A stretch of DNA of 64,000 nt from Collinsella sp. (GCA_036302525.1 JAXJCG010000008.1:106822-170821); one strand, 5' to 3'; counted from the stretch's first letter, positions 49,709 to 58,510 are shown. Numbers and translations are program-made. Notes: generated by a model from the letters alone, not told the origin.

Positions 49709-50218
49709 ATGGCTATCGCAAACCAACCCAAGGGAAGCGTTTCGTCCGGATCGATCAAGCCGGTGACGCGCAAGGCCGTTCGTTGTCAGCGCGAAGTCGC
49801 CTGGCTGGTCACGCAAGCGGCCGGTAAGCTCGTCGCCACCACCGACGACGTCAATGCGCCCACGCCCAGCTTTGTACTGGCGGCGGCATTGTCGTACACC
49901 CGCAAGCAGGAGCAGACCGCTCAGGACCGTGGCACCGCGATCGACTACGAGGCTGTCATGGACCCCGACCTTGCGAGTTTTTGCCAAGCTGCGGGGTTGC
50001 CTACAGCGCCCAACGCGCTTTCGGACGCGGGCTACATGTTCACGCTCTCGGGCGCGGACCTGATCCGTGACGTCTACACCTACTGCAGCGACCTCGGCGA
50101 GCGCTCGGGAGACGCGGCGCAGGTCAAGCCGGGCTACGCGATCAAGCTCGCTCTACGGCTGTTCTTGCTGGACGGAGCCTCAGCAGCCACCGCTTCCGAC
50201 GACAAAACCTCGGCATAA
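49709..50218 (+). CDS. hypothetical protein (169 aa)
   Basis: GGGAGA SD 6 nt before the ATG at 49709. No recognisable motif. Ends at a shared bidirectional hairpin. Confidence 0.5.
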   Translation: MAIANQPKGSVSSGSIKPVTRKAVRCQREVAWLVTQAAGKLVATTDDVNAPTPSFVLAAALSYTRKQEQTAQDRGTAIDYEAVMDPDLASFCQAAGLPTAPNALSDAGYMFTLSGADLIRDVYTYCSDLGERSGDAAQVKPGYAIKLALRLFLLDGASAATASDDKTSA

Positions 50219-50223
50219 CAAAA

Positions 50224-50257
50224 GCGTCGGGCCGGGGAATCACCCCCGGTCCGACGC
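50224..50257. terminator. bidirectional hairpin terminator between the 169-aa gene and the AIPR gene
   Basis: GCGTCGGGCCGGGG-AATCA-CCCCGGTCCGACGC. Confidence 0.6.
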
Positions 50258-50260
50258 CCA

Positions 50261-52363
50261 CTAAACCTCTGGAAATGCCTCAAGATAAGAACGGCCGCTT
50301 GGCTTAAATTCAAACTTGTCTTCTCTATACAGTTCGTTTCTTTCAAGACACTCTTTCTTAATTTCGATAAGATTCTCGCGCCTTCCCAGATACATCTTTG
50401 GTCTGCTCTGGCCCAGAATTAGCCTCTTGTTGTCCTTCAGGAAACCCCGAAGCCCCTGATTAACCAGCTCATATAGCGGAACGAGCAAGCGGTTGGGCCC
50501 TTCAGTAATGTCAGAGTCTTCGATGACAGATTTATCCATGCCCTTCTTCAGCCAAAATGAAACATCATTGAGGTCTAGAAGGCGTTTGCATGTATCAGAA
50601 TCGAGGGTTCCATATTTATTGCAAAGCAAAAATGATCCAATTTCAGCAACCGACAATGCCATCTGTGCCTTCCAAACACCAAACAAAAAGTCATTATCTT
50701 CATTTAGTGCGATGAGTTTCTCCTGTTGAGTCGCCCTCGGGCTGACAACACCAGTATCCTCAAGCCTTGCCAGAGCCTCGTTTTTCAGCTTCGTCGTCCC
50801 AACAGGCTTGACGCGGTATTCAAGATAGCGCCCGACCGCCATTGCCAATAGCAATTGATATTGAGTGGGCTGTCCGTCCTCAAGTAAATCGGCTTTATAG
50901 CTAAAGTTGGGCTTTTTCATTTGCTCCCAGAGGGCAGGAGAAGGCCTCTTCGCAAACACGGAGGAATACTCCGGGTCTCGAAAGTACTTAACTCCGCCAG
51001 CATTGGCTTTAGGAGCGTTTCCGATCCATGCCCACCAGATTTTTGCCAGGTCTTCGTTATCGATATGCCTGTAACGATTCTTGCCCCTTCTCGTCGATCC
51101 CTTAATCTCGAAGTAACTTTTCTTTGGCTCACGCTTGTTCGACTGAAGGAAGGAATCGAGTTCTCCGTCCTTCCTGATATAGAAATAACGCATCTCTTTT
51201 TTAAGTGGGTCTTTATAGAAAGAAGACTGCAGCTTTCGCTGCTCGGCAGAATTGGACTTTAGATTGCGATCATTCATTGGGTTCTGGTGATTCGATGCGA
51301 CGATGATGTCGTCGAGCAGCTCATCTTGATTTGCCGTACTGCTATTTAAGACCTTAGCAATGATCTTCACATCGGAACAGATGCTCTCTTTCACGCTATC
51401 GTTAGATGCCATGTAAAAGTCAAAAATAGTGCTCAGGGTCTGGCAGCCGTTCACTACTTGGGCATCAGCCACCTTAATCGAAGGCTTCCTGTCCCCTTGA
51501 CTTGGCTTCACATAGTTGTTGCAGGTAATCACGATTCCATTGTTAAGATGGACGAAACGCTTTCTACCCTTTTCAGTCGACAGCTGCTTCTTGATTGCCG
51601 CATTCACGTTCGACCCCTTCAACGTTGATCGAACATTCATGTCAAACAAGTCATATCCGTATTTTGCAATAGCGTCAATTAACGGTTTGACATCCAAGAC
51701 AGCGCAGAACCAGCCGTTTTGCCATATAACGCAATCATTAATATCACGCGTAGTCAGCTTTAACTCGATATGGGTTCGGTTGGCAACCTCATCATTTCTG
51801 TGCCAACAATCGTAAATATCATTCTCCTCGTAAAGACAGATATTTATTCCCTCATTGGCTTTTTGAGAACGTACCTCCTCAAAACGCCTTCTTGCAGAGT
51901 CGCTGAGTCTACCCTCAAGCGCAAGCACGGCAGTTAAGATGCAATTAGCCTTTTTGAATTGATATCCCTGCTTCAGTTTTCTCACACCGGCGTTCGAACC
52001 AGCATCATTATCCGAAGTAATAAACTCAACAGCTTCTTGCAACTCATTAACAGGTGTTGCGTCAAACACTTTTCCCTCTGGATAATTATCCAGATTGCAC
52101 GATTTGCATTGATAGAACGTGTAGCCATCATCGCGCGCAATGTAAAAATCAACACCGTGGTCATTGGCCCCATCGGTATAGATAAAGCTATTCTCATCGG
52201 AAAGAATATCTTCGCCTTCAAAAACGGCCGCAACGGTATAGGCGAAGGCGACATCATCCCCTTCGCCATCATCCAAATAGTTTTCACGAATATCGTCCAT
52301 CTTTGATGTGATATCCGCATTAAACTCTGATCTGTCGAACGTGATGCCCATACGCCACTCCAT
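50261..52363 (-). CDS. AIPR (abortive infection phage resistance) family protein
   Basis: 700 aa. The N-terminal nuclease-like module has GANDHGVDFYI...YQCK (D...QxK). The central VNGCQT motif and overall layout are typical of AIPR proteins. The gene is visibly AT-richer (hand counts 43-48% G+C on two 60-nt lines). An alternative start at 52351 has a GGAG SD. Confidence 0.8.
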   Translation of the reverse strand: MEWRMGITFDRSEFNADITSKMDDIRENYLDDGEGDDVAFAYTVAAVFEGEDILSDENSFIYTDGANDHGVDFYIARDDGYTFYQCKSCNLDNYPEGKVFDATPVNELQEAVEFITSDNDAGSNAGVRKLKQGYQFKKANCILTAVLALEGRLSDSARRRFEEVRSQKANEGINICLYEENDIYDCWHRNDEVANRTHIELKLTTRDINDCVIWQNGWFCAVLDVKPLIDAIAKYGYDLFDMNVRSTLKGSNVNAAIKKQLSTEKGRKRFVHLNNGIVITCNNYVKPSQGDRKPSIKVADAQVVNGCQTLSTIFDFYMASNDSVKESICSDVKIIAKVLNSSTANQDELLDDIIVASNHQNPMNDRNLKSNSAEQRKLQSSFYKDPLKKEMRYFYIRKDGELDSFLQSNKREPKKSYFEIKGSTRRGKNRYRHIDNEDLAKIWWAWIGNAPKANAGGVKYFRDPEYSSVFAKRPSPALWEQMKKPNFSYKADLLEDGQPTQYQLLLAMAVGRYLEYRVKPVGTTKLKNEALARLEDTGVVSPRATQQEKLIALNEDNDFLFGVWKAQMALSVAEIGSFLLCNKYGTLDSDTCKRLLDLNDVSFWLKKGMDKSVIEDSDITEGPNRLLVPLYELVNQGLRGFLKDNKRLILGQSRPKMYLGRRENLIEIKKECLERNELYREDKFEFKPSGRSYLEAFPEV

Positions 52364-52531
52364 CCTAAATGTGCTTAAGCGAAATTAGATCACCACTCAT
52401 TAGGGCGATCAAGATCTCAAACCACCAAGCGGCAGCCACATTTAGAAATACGGCAGCGAGGTCATGCGACGGATAACATACGCCGCCGTCCAAACGCCAA
52501 TTCAGTCCGTTGTCTCAATCTGCCCGCAAAA

Positions 52532-52565
52532 GCGCCGGGCCGGGGAATCACTTCCGGCCCGGCGC
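52532..52565 (-). terminator. hairpin terminator paralogous to 50224-50257
   Basis: GCGCCGGGCCGG-GGAATCACT-TCCGGCCCGGCGC directly downstream of the 52575 stop. Confidence 0.55.
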
Positions 52566-52574
52566 TTGTTCGTC

Positions 52575-53066
52575 CTACTTGTTCCCGTCCCCTGTGGGTG
52601 AGTTCTTTTGGTTGCGACGGTTACTCCGGGTCACGTTGTGTTCCTTGTAGTAATCGGGCGCCTCGTTGCTGCTCGCACTAATGGGGTCATTGCCGGTGAG
52701 GGTGTCGGCAATATCCTGCACGAACTTAACGAACAGGCTCGAATCGTCGGTCTCGGACGAATCAAAGTCAAAACCGAACTCCACCGCGCCGCCGATGATC
52801 TTGTCCACGCACTCCGGGTCGTCGCCGTCCAGCCAAATGACCACGGTGTATTTGTCCACATCGCCCACCTGATACTGCAGCAGCAGCTTTTGGTTTTCGT
52901 CCATGAGCAGCGGCTTGCCGGCGAGCATGGGTGCGCTCATAAGGAAGTACGCCTCGTCCAGGTCCTCTTTGTACGTGGCAAGCATGTTGAAGTCGGTTTT
53001 TTAGCCCATGGGCACGTCGAATGCCGCCTGAAGCTTGGTCCCCAGCGTTATCTGCTGCTCTGCCAT
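52575..53066 (-). pseudogene. hypothetical gene interrupted by an in-frame TAA after codon 21
   Basis: A strong SD (GGGGGAGAA) precedes the ATG at 53066 (MAEQQITLGTKLQAAFDVPMG*). The 136-aa ORF starting at 52985 is in the same frame 5 codons later and has no SD of its own. Confidence 0.5.
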
Positions 53067-53262
53067 GTATTCTCCCCCAGTCGCGGGCGCCGATATCATC
53101 GTCGTGCGCGATGCACATTGGGCTATCGTAACTGCTTTGCCGCAGGTTTCGTTGCACAGCGCGCGAAATGGCGCGATGCGGGGAGTGGGCGTCAGTGCAG
53201 CTGCTCCGCACGCAGCATCAATCTGACAGCAATACATGTCCCCGACAGACCGTCTGTCTGTC

Positions 53263-53338
53263 TATCTCTCAGCTATCTCTCGTAATTATCTCTCGTCTCT
53301 CATTTATCTCTCACATTAGAGATGAGTGAGAGATGAGA
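53263..53338. repeat. iteron-like module 1: 4 direct TATCTCTC copies + 2 inverted (GAGAGAT) copies
   Basis: 8-mers start at 53263, 53274, 53287 and 53305. Inverted copies lie at 53318-53323 and 53328-53334. Confidence 0.8.
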
Positions 53339-53439
53339 AACAAAAATGCCGTTATCGGTTCAATCAAATCACGTTCGCGCAGGTAAACGCATGTATACGG
53401 GAACTTTGACTCGATCCCCCAGCCACCTTGCAGCATTGT

Positions 53440-53508
53440 TATCTCTCATATTTATCTCTCGTCTTTCTGCTATCTCTCGTATTAGTGACGGATGAGAGAT
53501 GAGAGATA
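53440..53508. repeat. iteron-like module 2: 3 direct TATCTCTC copies + 2 inverted copies
   Basis: 8-mers start at 53440, 53453 and 53471, with the same 13/18-nt spacing as module 1. Inverted GAGAGAT(A) lies at 53494-53500 and 53501-53508. Confidence 0.8.
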
Positions 53509-53566
53509 CGTGAGTGATGGACGGGCGTGGATTTTTGGACGGTTTTTGGGCGTTTTGAGGCTGATT

Positions 53567-53640
53567 CCGTCCGAAAATCCACTCTCATTCAATTTGCGTC
53601 CAAATACCCACTCTCGTCCGTCCGATTTTCCACTCTCGTT
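53567..53640. repeat. second repeat family CCGTCCGA(AAAT/TTTT)CCACTCTC(A/G)TT
   Basis: ~22-nt direct repeat at 53567-53589 and 53618-53640, with a third CCACTCTC at 53608-53615. GGATTTTTGGACGG (53529-53542) is the near reverse complement of 53567-53580. Confidence 0.7.
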
Positions 53641-53774
53641 CGACAGGCGGCCGGGACGCATTGACTTCCCATCGGCATAACCGCCAGTTCGCCGCAGGGT
53701 CGCGGCCCCATATGGGTATACTCTCGAGGATTCGACTCGATTCGCCCCCGCTGGGGCGTCAAAGGAGACTGCAT

Positions 53775-56700
53775 ATGCCCACCACCTCAACCGACCCGCG
53801 CGCCGCAGCCGCTGCACTGCTGGTGCCCGGCACTACCTGCCACGGCTTTGCCGTCGAGCGCCGCGAGACCGTGCCCGAGCTCGACTCGGACGCTTACGTG
53901 CTGCGACACACTGCCTCGGGCGCTCGCCTGCTGTACCTGGCGTGCGACGACGAGAACAAGGCCTTTGCCATTGGCTTTAAGACGCCGCCGGCCGATTCCA
54001 CCGGCGTGTTCCATATTCTTGAGCACTCGGTGCTGTGCGGATCGGCCAAGTTTCCCGTCAAGGAGCCGTTTGTCGACCTGATCAAGAGCTCCATGCAGAC
54101 GTTCCTCAACGCCATGACCTACCCCGACAAGACCATCTACCCCGTTGCCACCACCAACGAGCAGGATCTGTACAACCTGATGGACGTGTACCTGGACGCG
54201 GTGTTCAACCCGGCCATCTATACCAAGCCCACCATTTTTGAGCAGGAGGGCTGGCACTACGAACTGGACCTGCCGGAGGGCGACGGCGACAGCAGCGCCG
54301 CGAGCCTGCACGAGGGCACGCTGCGTTATAACGGCGTGGTGTTCAACGAGATGAAGGGCGCGCTGTCCGATCCCATGAGCGTGTTGGACGATGCCGTCAA
54401 CGCCGCGCTCTACCCCGACACCGCCTATGCGCACGAGAGCGGCGGCGACCCGCGCGCGATTCCCGCGCTCACCTACGAGCAGTTCCTGGACACGCACGCG
54501 CGACACTACAATCCCTCCAACTCCTACATCACGCTCTACGGCGACCTGGACGTGGACCGCGCACTGGCCTTTTTGGACGAGCGCTATCTGTCGCAGCCGA
54601 GTGCCGCGAGCCGCCGCATGGACGCTGCCGTTGCCGCCGGCGAGGACCCGTCCACGCTGGCGCCCAATCCGTTGGACGCGCAGGCGCCCGTGACCTGCGA
54701 GTACAAGCGCATCGAGATGGCCACCACACCCGAGAACGCCCTGGTGGGCCTGGGCCTTGTGCTGGGCAGCGCGCTCGACCGCAAGCGCACGATCGCGGCG
54801 GATATCCTGTTCGAGGCGCTGCTGGGCTCCAACGAAGCGCCGGTTAAGAAGGCCATTCTGGCCGCCGGCCTGGGCGGCAACGTGGTGAGCTACACCGCGG
54901 CCGAGAGCCTGCAGCCCTACGAGCTCATCATGCTGCAAAACGCACAGCCCGGTGTGGCGCGCGAGCTGCGTCGCGTGTTCCAGGACGCCTGCCGCGACCT
55001 GTGCGAGCACGGAGTTCCGCGCGAGCGTCTGGAAGCCATCATCAGCAGCAACGAGTACGACCTGCGCCAGCGTGACTATGGCATCGCCGACGGCGTGGCC
55101 ATTGCGTGCGACGCGCTGAGCACCTGGCTCTACGATGACGACGCCGCGACGCTGGCGCTCAAGTACGGCCCGGTGTACGAGGAGCTGCGTAGCGAGCTGG
55201 ACGGCAGCTATTTTGAGGACCTGCTGCGCGAGCTGGTGCTGGAAAACGACCACATGGCACTGGTCGAGCTGGTGCCGGTGGACGCCGCCGAGGGTTCGGA
55301 GGGTGCCGAGGCCGCCGAGCTGGCAGCCAAGCGCGATGCCATGACCGATGCCGAGCTGACCGACGTGGTCGAGCGCACGGCCGCGCTGCGTGCCGCGCAG
55401 GAGGCGGAAGACACACCCGAGGCCAAGGCCACGCTGCCGCGCCTGCGCGTGTCCGACATTGGCGAGGCGCGCCCCGAGCCGCCACTGATCGTGGACACGA
55501 CCGTGCCCATCCCCTGCCTGCGCCACGGCATCCCCACCAACCGTCTGGCCTACGCCATGCAGTATTTCGACCTGAACTGCGTCGCGTTTGAGGACCTGCC
55601 CTATGTGACACTGCTCTGCCGCCTGCTTAAGCAGCTGCCCACGCGCGAGCACTCGGCCGAGGAACTCGACAACTTGCTCGCTGGCAAGCTCGGCTTTTTG
55701 AGCTTTACGACCGAGGTCATGACGCAGCCCGAAGTGGACGGCGTGCGCCCCTACCTGCTGGTGAGCGCCGGCGCCCTGTCCGAGAAGATCGATGCGCTGG
55801 CGAGTCTGCCGCGCGAGGTATGGTCGAGCACGCTTTTGGCAGATGCCGACGCCGACCGCGTGCGCGACGTGCTCACACAGATTCGCATTGGGCTTGAGCA
55901 GGGCTTTATCAACAACGGCCACTCGGCGGCGCTCGGTCGCGCGATGAGCTACAGCTCGCCTTCGGCCGTGGTGCGCGAGCAGCTTTCGGGCGTGGACTTC
56001 TATCTGTTCCTGCGCGACCTGCTCGACCACTTTGACGAGCGCGTGAACGGGTTGCGTACCAAGCTTGCCGAGCTGGCAGGCCGCATCTTTGTGGCCGATG
56101 GCTGCCTGGCGAGCTTTACCGGCAGCGACGAGGACTTTAACGCATACTGGGCCGCCGCGGGCGACCTGGAGCTGGGCGCTGGCGACGGCGCCGATGCCGG
56201 CCGCAACGCGCTCGTGGTGCCGACGCCGTGCGACCGCCACGAGGCCTTTGTCATCCCCAGCGACATCTGTTTTGCGGCAAGCGCGTGCGACCCGCGTCGC
56301 TTGGGCATCGACGTGACGGGCGCCTGGGCGGTTGCCGCCAACGCGCTCTCCTACGACTATCTGTGGAACGAGATCCGCGTTAAGGGCGGCGCGTACGGCT
56401 GCGGATTCCGCGCGGCCGGCGAGCGTCAGGCGGCGTTCTACACCTACCGCGACCCGGCGATCGATCCTTCGATTGAGCGCGTGGAGCGCGCGGGCGCATG
56501 GCTTGGCAGCTTTGAGCCCGACGAGGCCGCCTTTGAGGGCTTTATTGTGAGCTGCGTGAGCGGCATGGACGCGCCGGTGAAGCCGTACGCGCTCACCAAG
56601 CGCCGCAACACGACCTACCTGGCCGGGCTCGATCCGCATGCGCGCGAGGAGCGTCGCGCCCAGATGCTCGCCGCCACGCCCGGTGAGCTGCGCTCGCTCG

Positions 56701-56810
56701 GCGCCGACGTGACGCGCATCGCAGCCGAGTCGCCCACCTGCGTCTTTGGCGGCCGCGAAGTCATCGCCAAGAGCAACGCCGGCTTCAACGTAGTCGACCT
56801 GCTGGGCTAA
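53775..56810 (+). CDS. M16-family (insulinase/PreP-like) zinc metallopeptidase
   Basis: Inverted zinc motif HILEH and downstream E, ~1000-aa PreP-like architecture. Start at M39 with AAAGGAG upstream. Confidence 0.85.
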   Translation: MPTTSTDPRAAAAALLVPGTTCHGFAVERRETVPELDSDAYVLRHTASGARLLYLACDDENKAFAIGFKTPPADSTGVFHILEHSVLCGSAKFPVKEPFVDLIKSSMQTFLNAMTYPDKTIYPVATTNEQDLYNLMDVYLDAVFNPAIYTKPTIFEQEGWHYELDLPEGDGDSSAASLHEGTLRYNGVVFNEMKGALSDPMSVLDDAVNAALYPDTAYAHESGGDPRAIPALTYEQFLDTHARHYNPSNSYITLYGDLDVDRALAFLDERYLSQPSAASRRMDAAVAAGEDPSTLAPNPLDAQAPVTCEYKRIEMATTPENALVGLGLVLGSALDRKRTIAADILFEALLGSNEAPVKKAILAAGLGGNVVSYTAAESLQPYELIMLQNAQPGVARELRRVFQDACRDLCEHGVPRERLEAIISSNEYDLRQRDYGIADGVAIACDALSTWLYDDDAATLALKYGPVYEELRSELDGSYFEDLLRELVLENDHMALVELVPVDAAEGSEGAEAAELAAKRDAMTDAELTDVVERTAALRAAQEAEDTPEAKATLPRLRVSDIGEARPEPPLIVDTTVPIPCLRHGIPTNRLAYAMQYFDLNCVAFEDLPYVTLLCRLLKQLPTREHSAEELDNLLAGKLGFLSFTTEVMTQPEVDGVRPYLLVSAGALSEKIDALASLPREVWSSTLLADADADRVRDVLTQIRIGLEQGFINNGHSAALGRAMSYSSPSAVVREQLSGVDFYLFLRDLLDHFDERVNGLRTKLAELAGRIFVADGCLASFTGSDEDFNAYWAAAGDLELGAGDGADAGRNALVVPTPCDRHEAFVIPSDICFAASACDPRRLGIDVTGAWAVAANALSYDYLWNEIRVKGGAYGCGFRAAGERQAAFYTYRDPAIDPSIERVERAGAWLGSFEPDEAAFEGFIVSCVSGMDAPVKPYALTKRRNTTYLAGLDPHAREERRAQMLAATPGELRSLGADVTRIAAESPTCVFGGREVIAKSNAGFNVVDLLG

Positions 56811-56821
56811 GGCACAGCAAG

Positions 56822-56870
56822 CAAAACCACCACAAAGGGGACAGCGCCTTCGTGGTGGTTTTGCCGTCTT
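56822..56870 (+). terminator. candidate terminator of the M16 peptidase gene
   Basis: CAAAACCACCAC - 18 nt - GTGGTGGTTTTG followed by CCGTCTTT. Confidence 0.5.
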
Positions 56871-56887
56871 TATCGCGTTTGCCCAGA

Positions 56888-56927
56888 TAAAACCTGCCAA
56901 AATAAACCTGTCCCTTTTTGGCAGGTT
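56888..56927. repeat. REP-like palindromic element, best copy
   Basis: AAACCTGCCAAAA-TAAACCTGTCCCT-TTTTGGCAGGTTT: perfect 13-bp stem and 13-nt loop. Confidence 0.7.
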
Positions 56928-56944
56928 TGCTAGAGGAGGCTGGG

Positions 56945-57541
56945 ATGGACAAGGCTGAGTTGCGGCGGGCGGTGATTGCTCGGCGTGATGCTCTTGATTT
57001 GGACTTGCGGGCAGCGAAGTCTGCCGTTATCTGCGCGCGGCTTGTTGAGCTGTTGGATCGCTTGGATGCCGCGGCGCCGCACACCGTTGCCATCTATGCC
57101 GCGATGGGCTCCGAAGTCGACCCAGCCGCGTTTGCCGCTGCGGCCGCCAAACGCGGCTGGCGCGTGGCCTATCCGTGCATGCTCTCGGCAATTGATGCCG
57201 CAGCTTGTGGCCAGCGCATGTGCATGCGAGCAGTTGCCGCCGACGATGCGTCCGCGGCTCCGTTTATCGCCCACCCCGCGAGGGCCTTCGCGGCCACGGA
57301 CATCGACAGCGACCGCTTCCCCATCGTGCCTGCCGAAGCACTCGACATGATTGTTGTGCCGCTCGTGGCCTTCGATCAAACCGGCGCGCGCCTGGGCTAC
57401 GGCGGCGGCTGCTATGACCGCTACCTGCCCATGCTCTCGCCCGTATGTCAAATCGTCGGCATCGCCTTCGACGAACAACGCATCAACCACGTCCCCACCG
57501 ATGCCCACGACCTGCCGCTACCCAACATCATCAGCGCCTAA
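56945..57541 (+). CDS. 5-formyltetrahydrofolate cyclo-ligase
   Basis: GAGGAGG SD. C-terminal GYGGGCYDRY motif characteristic of MTHFS. Confidence 0.8.
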   Translation: MDKAELRRAVIARRDALDLDLRAAKSAVICARLVELLDRLDAAAPHTVAIYAAMGSEVDPAAFAAAAAKRGWRVAYPCMLSAIDAAACGQRMCMRAVAADDASAAPFIAHPARAFAATDIDSDRFPIVPAEALDMIVVPLVAFDQTGARLGYGGGCYDRYLPMLSPVCQIVGIAFDEQRINHVPTDAHDLPLPNIISA

Positions 57542-57583
57542 CCGCCGCCACATCAGCCACGGCTACAGCAGTACCATCGCAGT

Positions 57584-58510
57584 CTAGTGCTCCTCGCCGG
57601 CGCGGGCTAGGTCGTAGGGCGTGGTCTGGTAGACGTAGTAGTTGAGCCAGTTGGTGTAGAGCAACTGAGCCTGGCTGCGCCAGACGTTGCGCGGCTCGGC
57701 CGTGGGGTCGTCGTTTGGGAAGTAATGCGCCGGCACCTGGGGGTTGAGCCCGCGCTTCACGTCGCGCTCGTACTCCAGACGCAGCGTATCGGTATCGTAC
57801 TCGGGATGGCCAAAGACAAAGAAGCGGCGGCTGTCGGTCGACTTGACGATGTACAGGCCCACCTCGTCGGACACAGCCACGACCTCAAGCTGCGGCTCGG
57901 CCTCCACGTCCTCGCGGCGCACATCGGTGTTGCGCGAATGCACGGCATAGAAACGGTCGTCAAAGCCGCGAACCAGCGGGCTTTGAGGCTTCACCAGATA
58001 ATGCTCGAACACGCCGCTCGCCTTTGCCGGCAGGTCGTGCTTCTGAATACCGTAGTGGTGATACAGGCCCGCCTGCGCGCCCCAACAAATGTGCAGCGTA
58101 GAGTGCACGTGTGTGGTGGACCAATCCATGATCTGGCAGAGTTCGGGCCAGTAGTCGACCTCCTCGAAGGGCATCTGCTCAACCGGCGCGCCCGTGATGA
58201 TCAGGCCGTCGTAGTGGATGTCGCGGATGTCGTCGAACGTGCGGTAGAACGTCTCCAGGTGGCCAGCGCTCACGTGCGTGGCCTCGTGCGTCTTGGTGCG
58301 CAGCAGGTCCACCTCCACCTGCAGCGGCGTGTTGGAGAGCTTGCGCATGATTTGCGTCTCGGTGGCGATCTTGGTGGGCATGAGGTTGAGGATGAGCACG
58401 CGCAGCGGGCGGATGTCCTGGTGCAGCGCGCGGTACTCGGTCATGACAAAGATGTTCTCGCTCTCGAGCTGCGCGGCGGCAGGGAGGGCGTCGGGAATGC
58501 GAATGGGCAT
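57584..58510 (-). CDS. metA: homoserine O-acyltransferase (MetA family)
   Basis: [11 protein letters not shown] start, LILNLMP, and CWGAQAG active-site Cys context. Confidence 0.9.
   Translation of the reverse strand: MPIRIPDALPAAAQLESENIFVMTEYRALHQDIRPLRVLILNLMPTKIATETQIMRKLSNTPLQVEVDLLRTKTHEATHVSAGHLETFYRTFDDIRDIHYDGLIITGAPVEQMPFEEVDYWPELCQIMDWSTTHVHSTLHICWGAQAGLYHHYGIQKHDLPAKASGVFEHYLVKPQSPLVRGFDDRFYAVHSRNTDVRREDVEAEPQLEVVAVSDEVGLYIVKSTDSRRFFVFGHPEYDTDTLRLEYERDVKRGLNPQVPAHYFPNDDPTAEPRNVWRSQAQLLYTNWLNYYVYQTTPYDLARAGEEH

Noticed and set aside
50254-50265. ACGCCCACTAAA as a possible attR copy of the tRNA-Val 3' end (ACGCCCACCAAA at 48122-48133)
   Set aside because: It is only an 11/12 match. 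A rough estimate gives about 0.3 such hits by chance in a 64-kb window on both strands. It also lies inside the terminator hairpin, so it is not good evidence for an att site.
53263-53640. Possible CRISPR array
   Set aside because: The repeat units are only 8 nt (or ~22 nt occurring twice), the spacers are 3-21 nt, and no cas genes are present. The geometry is iteron-like, not CRISPR.
53787-56900. 1037-aa ORF on the minus strand
   Set aside because: It is antisense to the M16 peptidase gene (HILEH motif on plus). Its composition is a low-complexity shadow.
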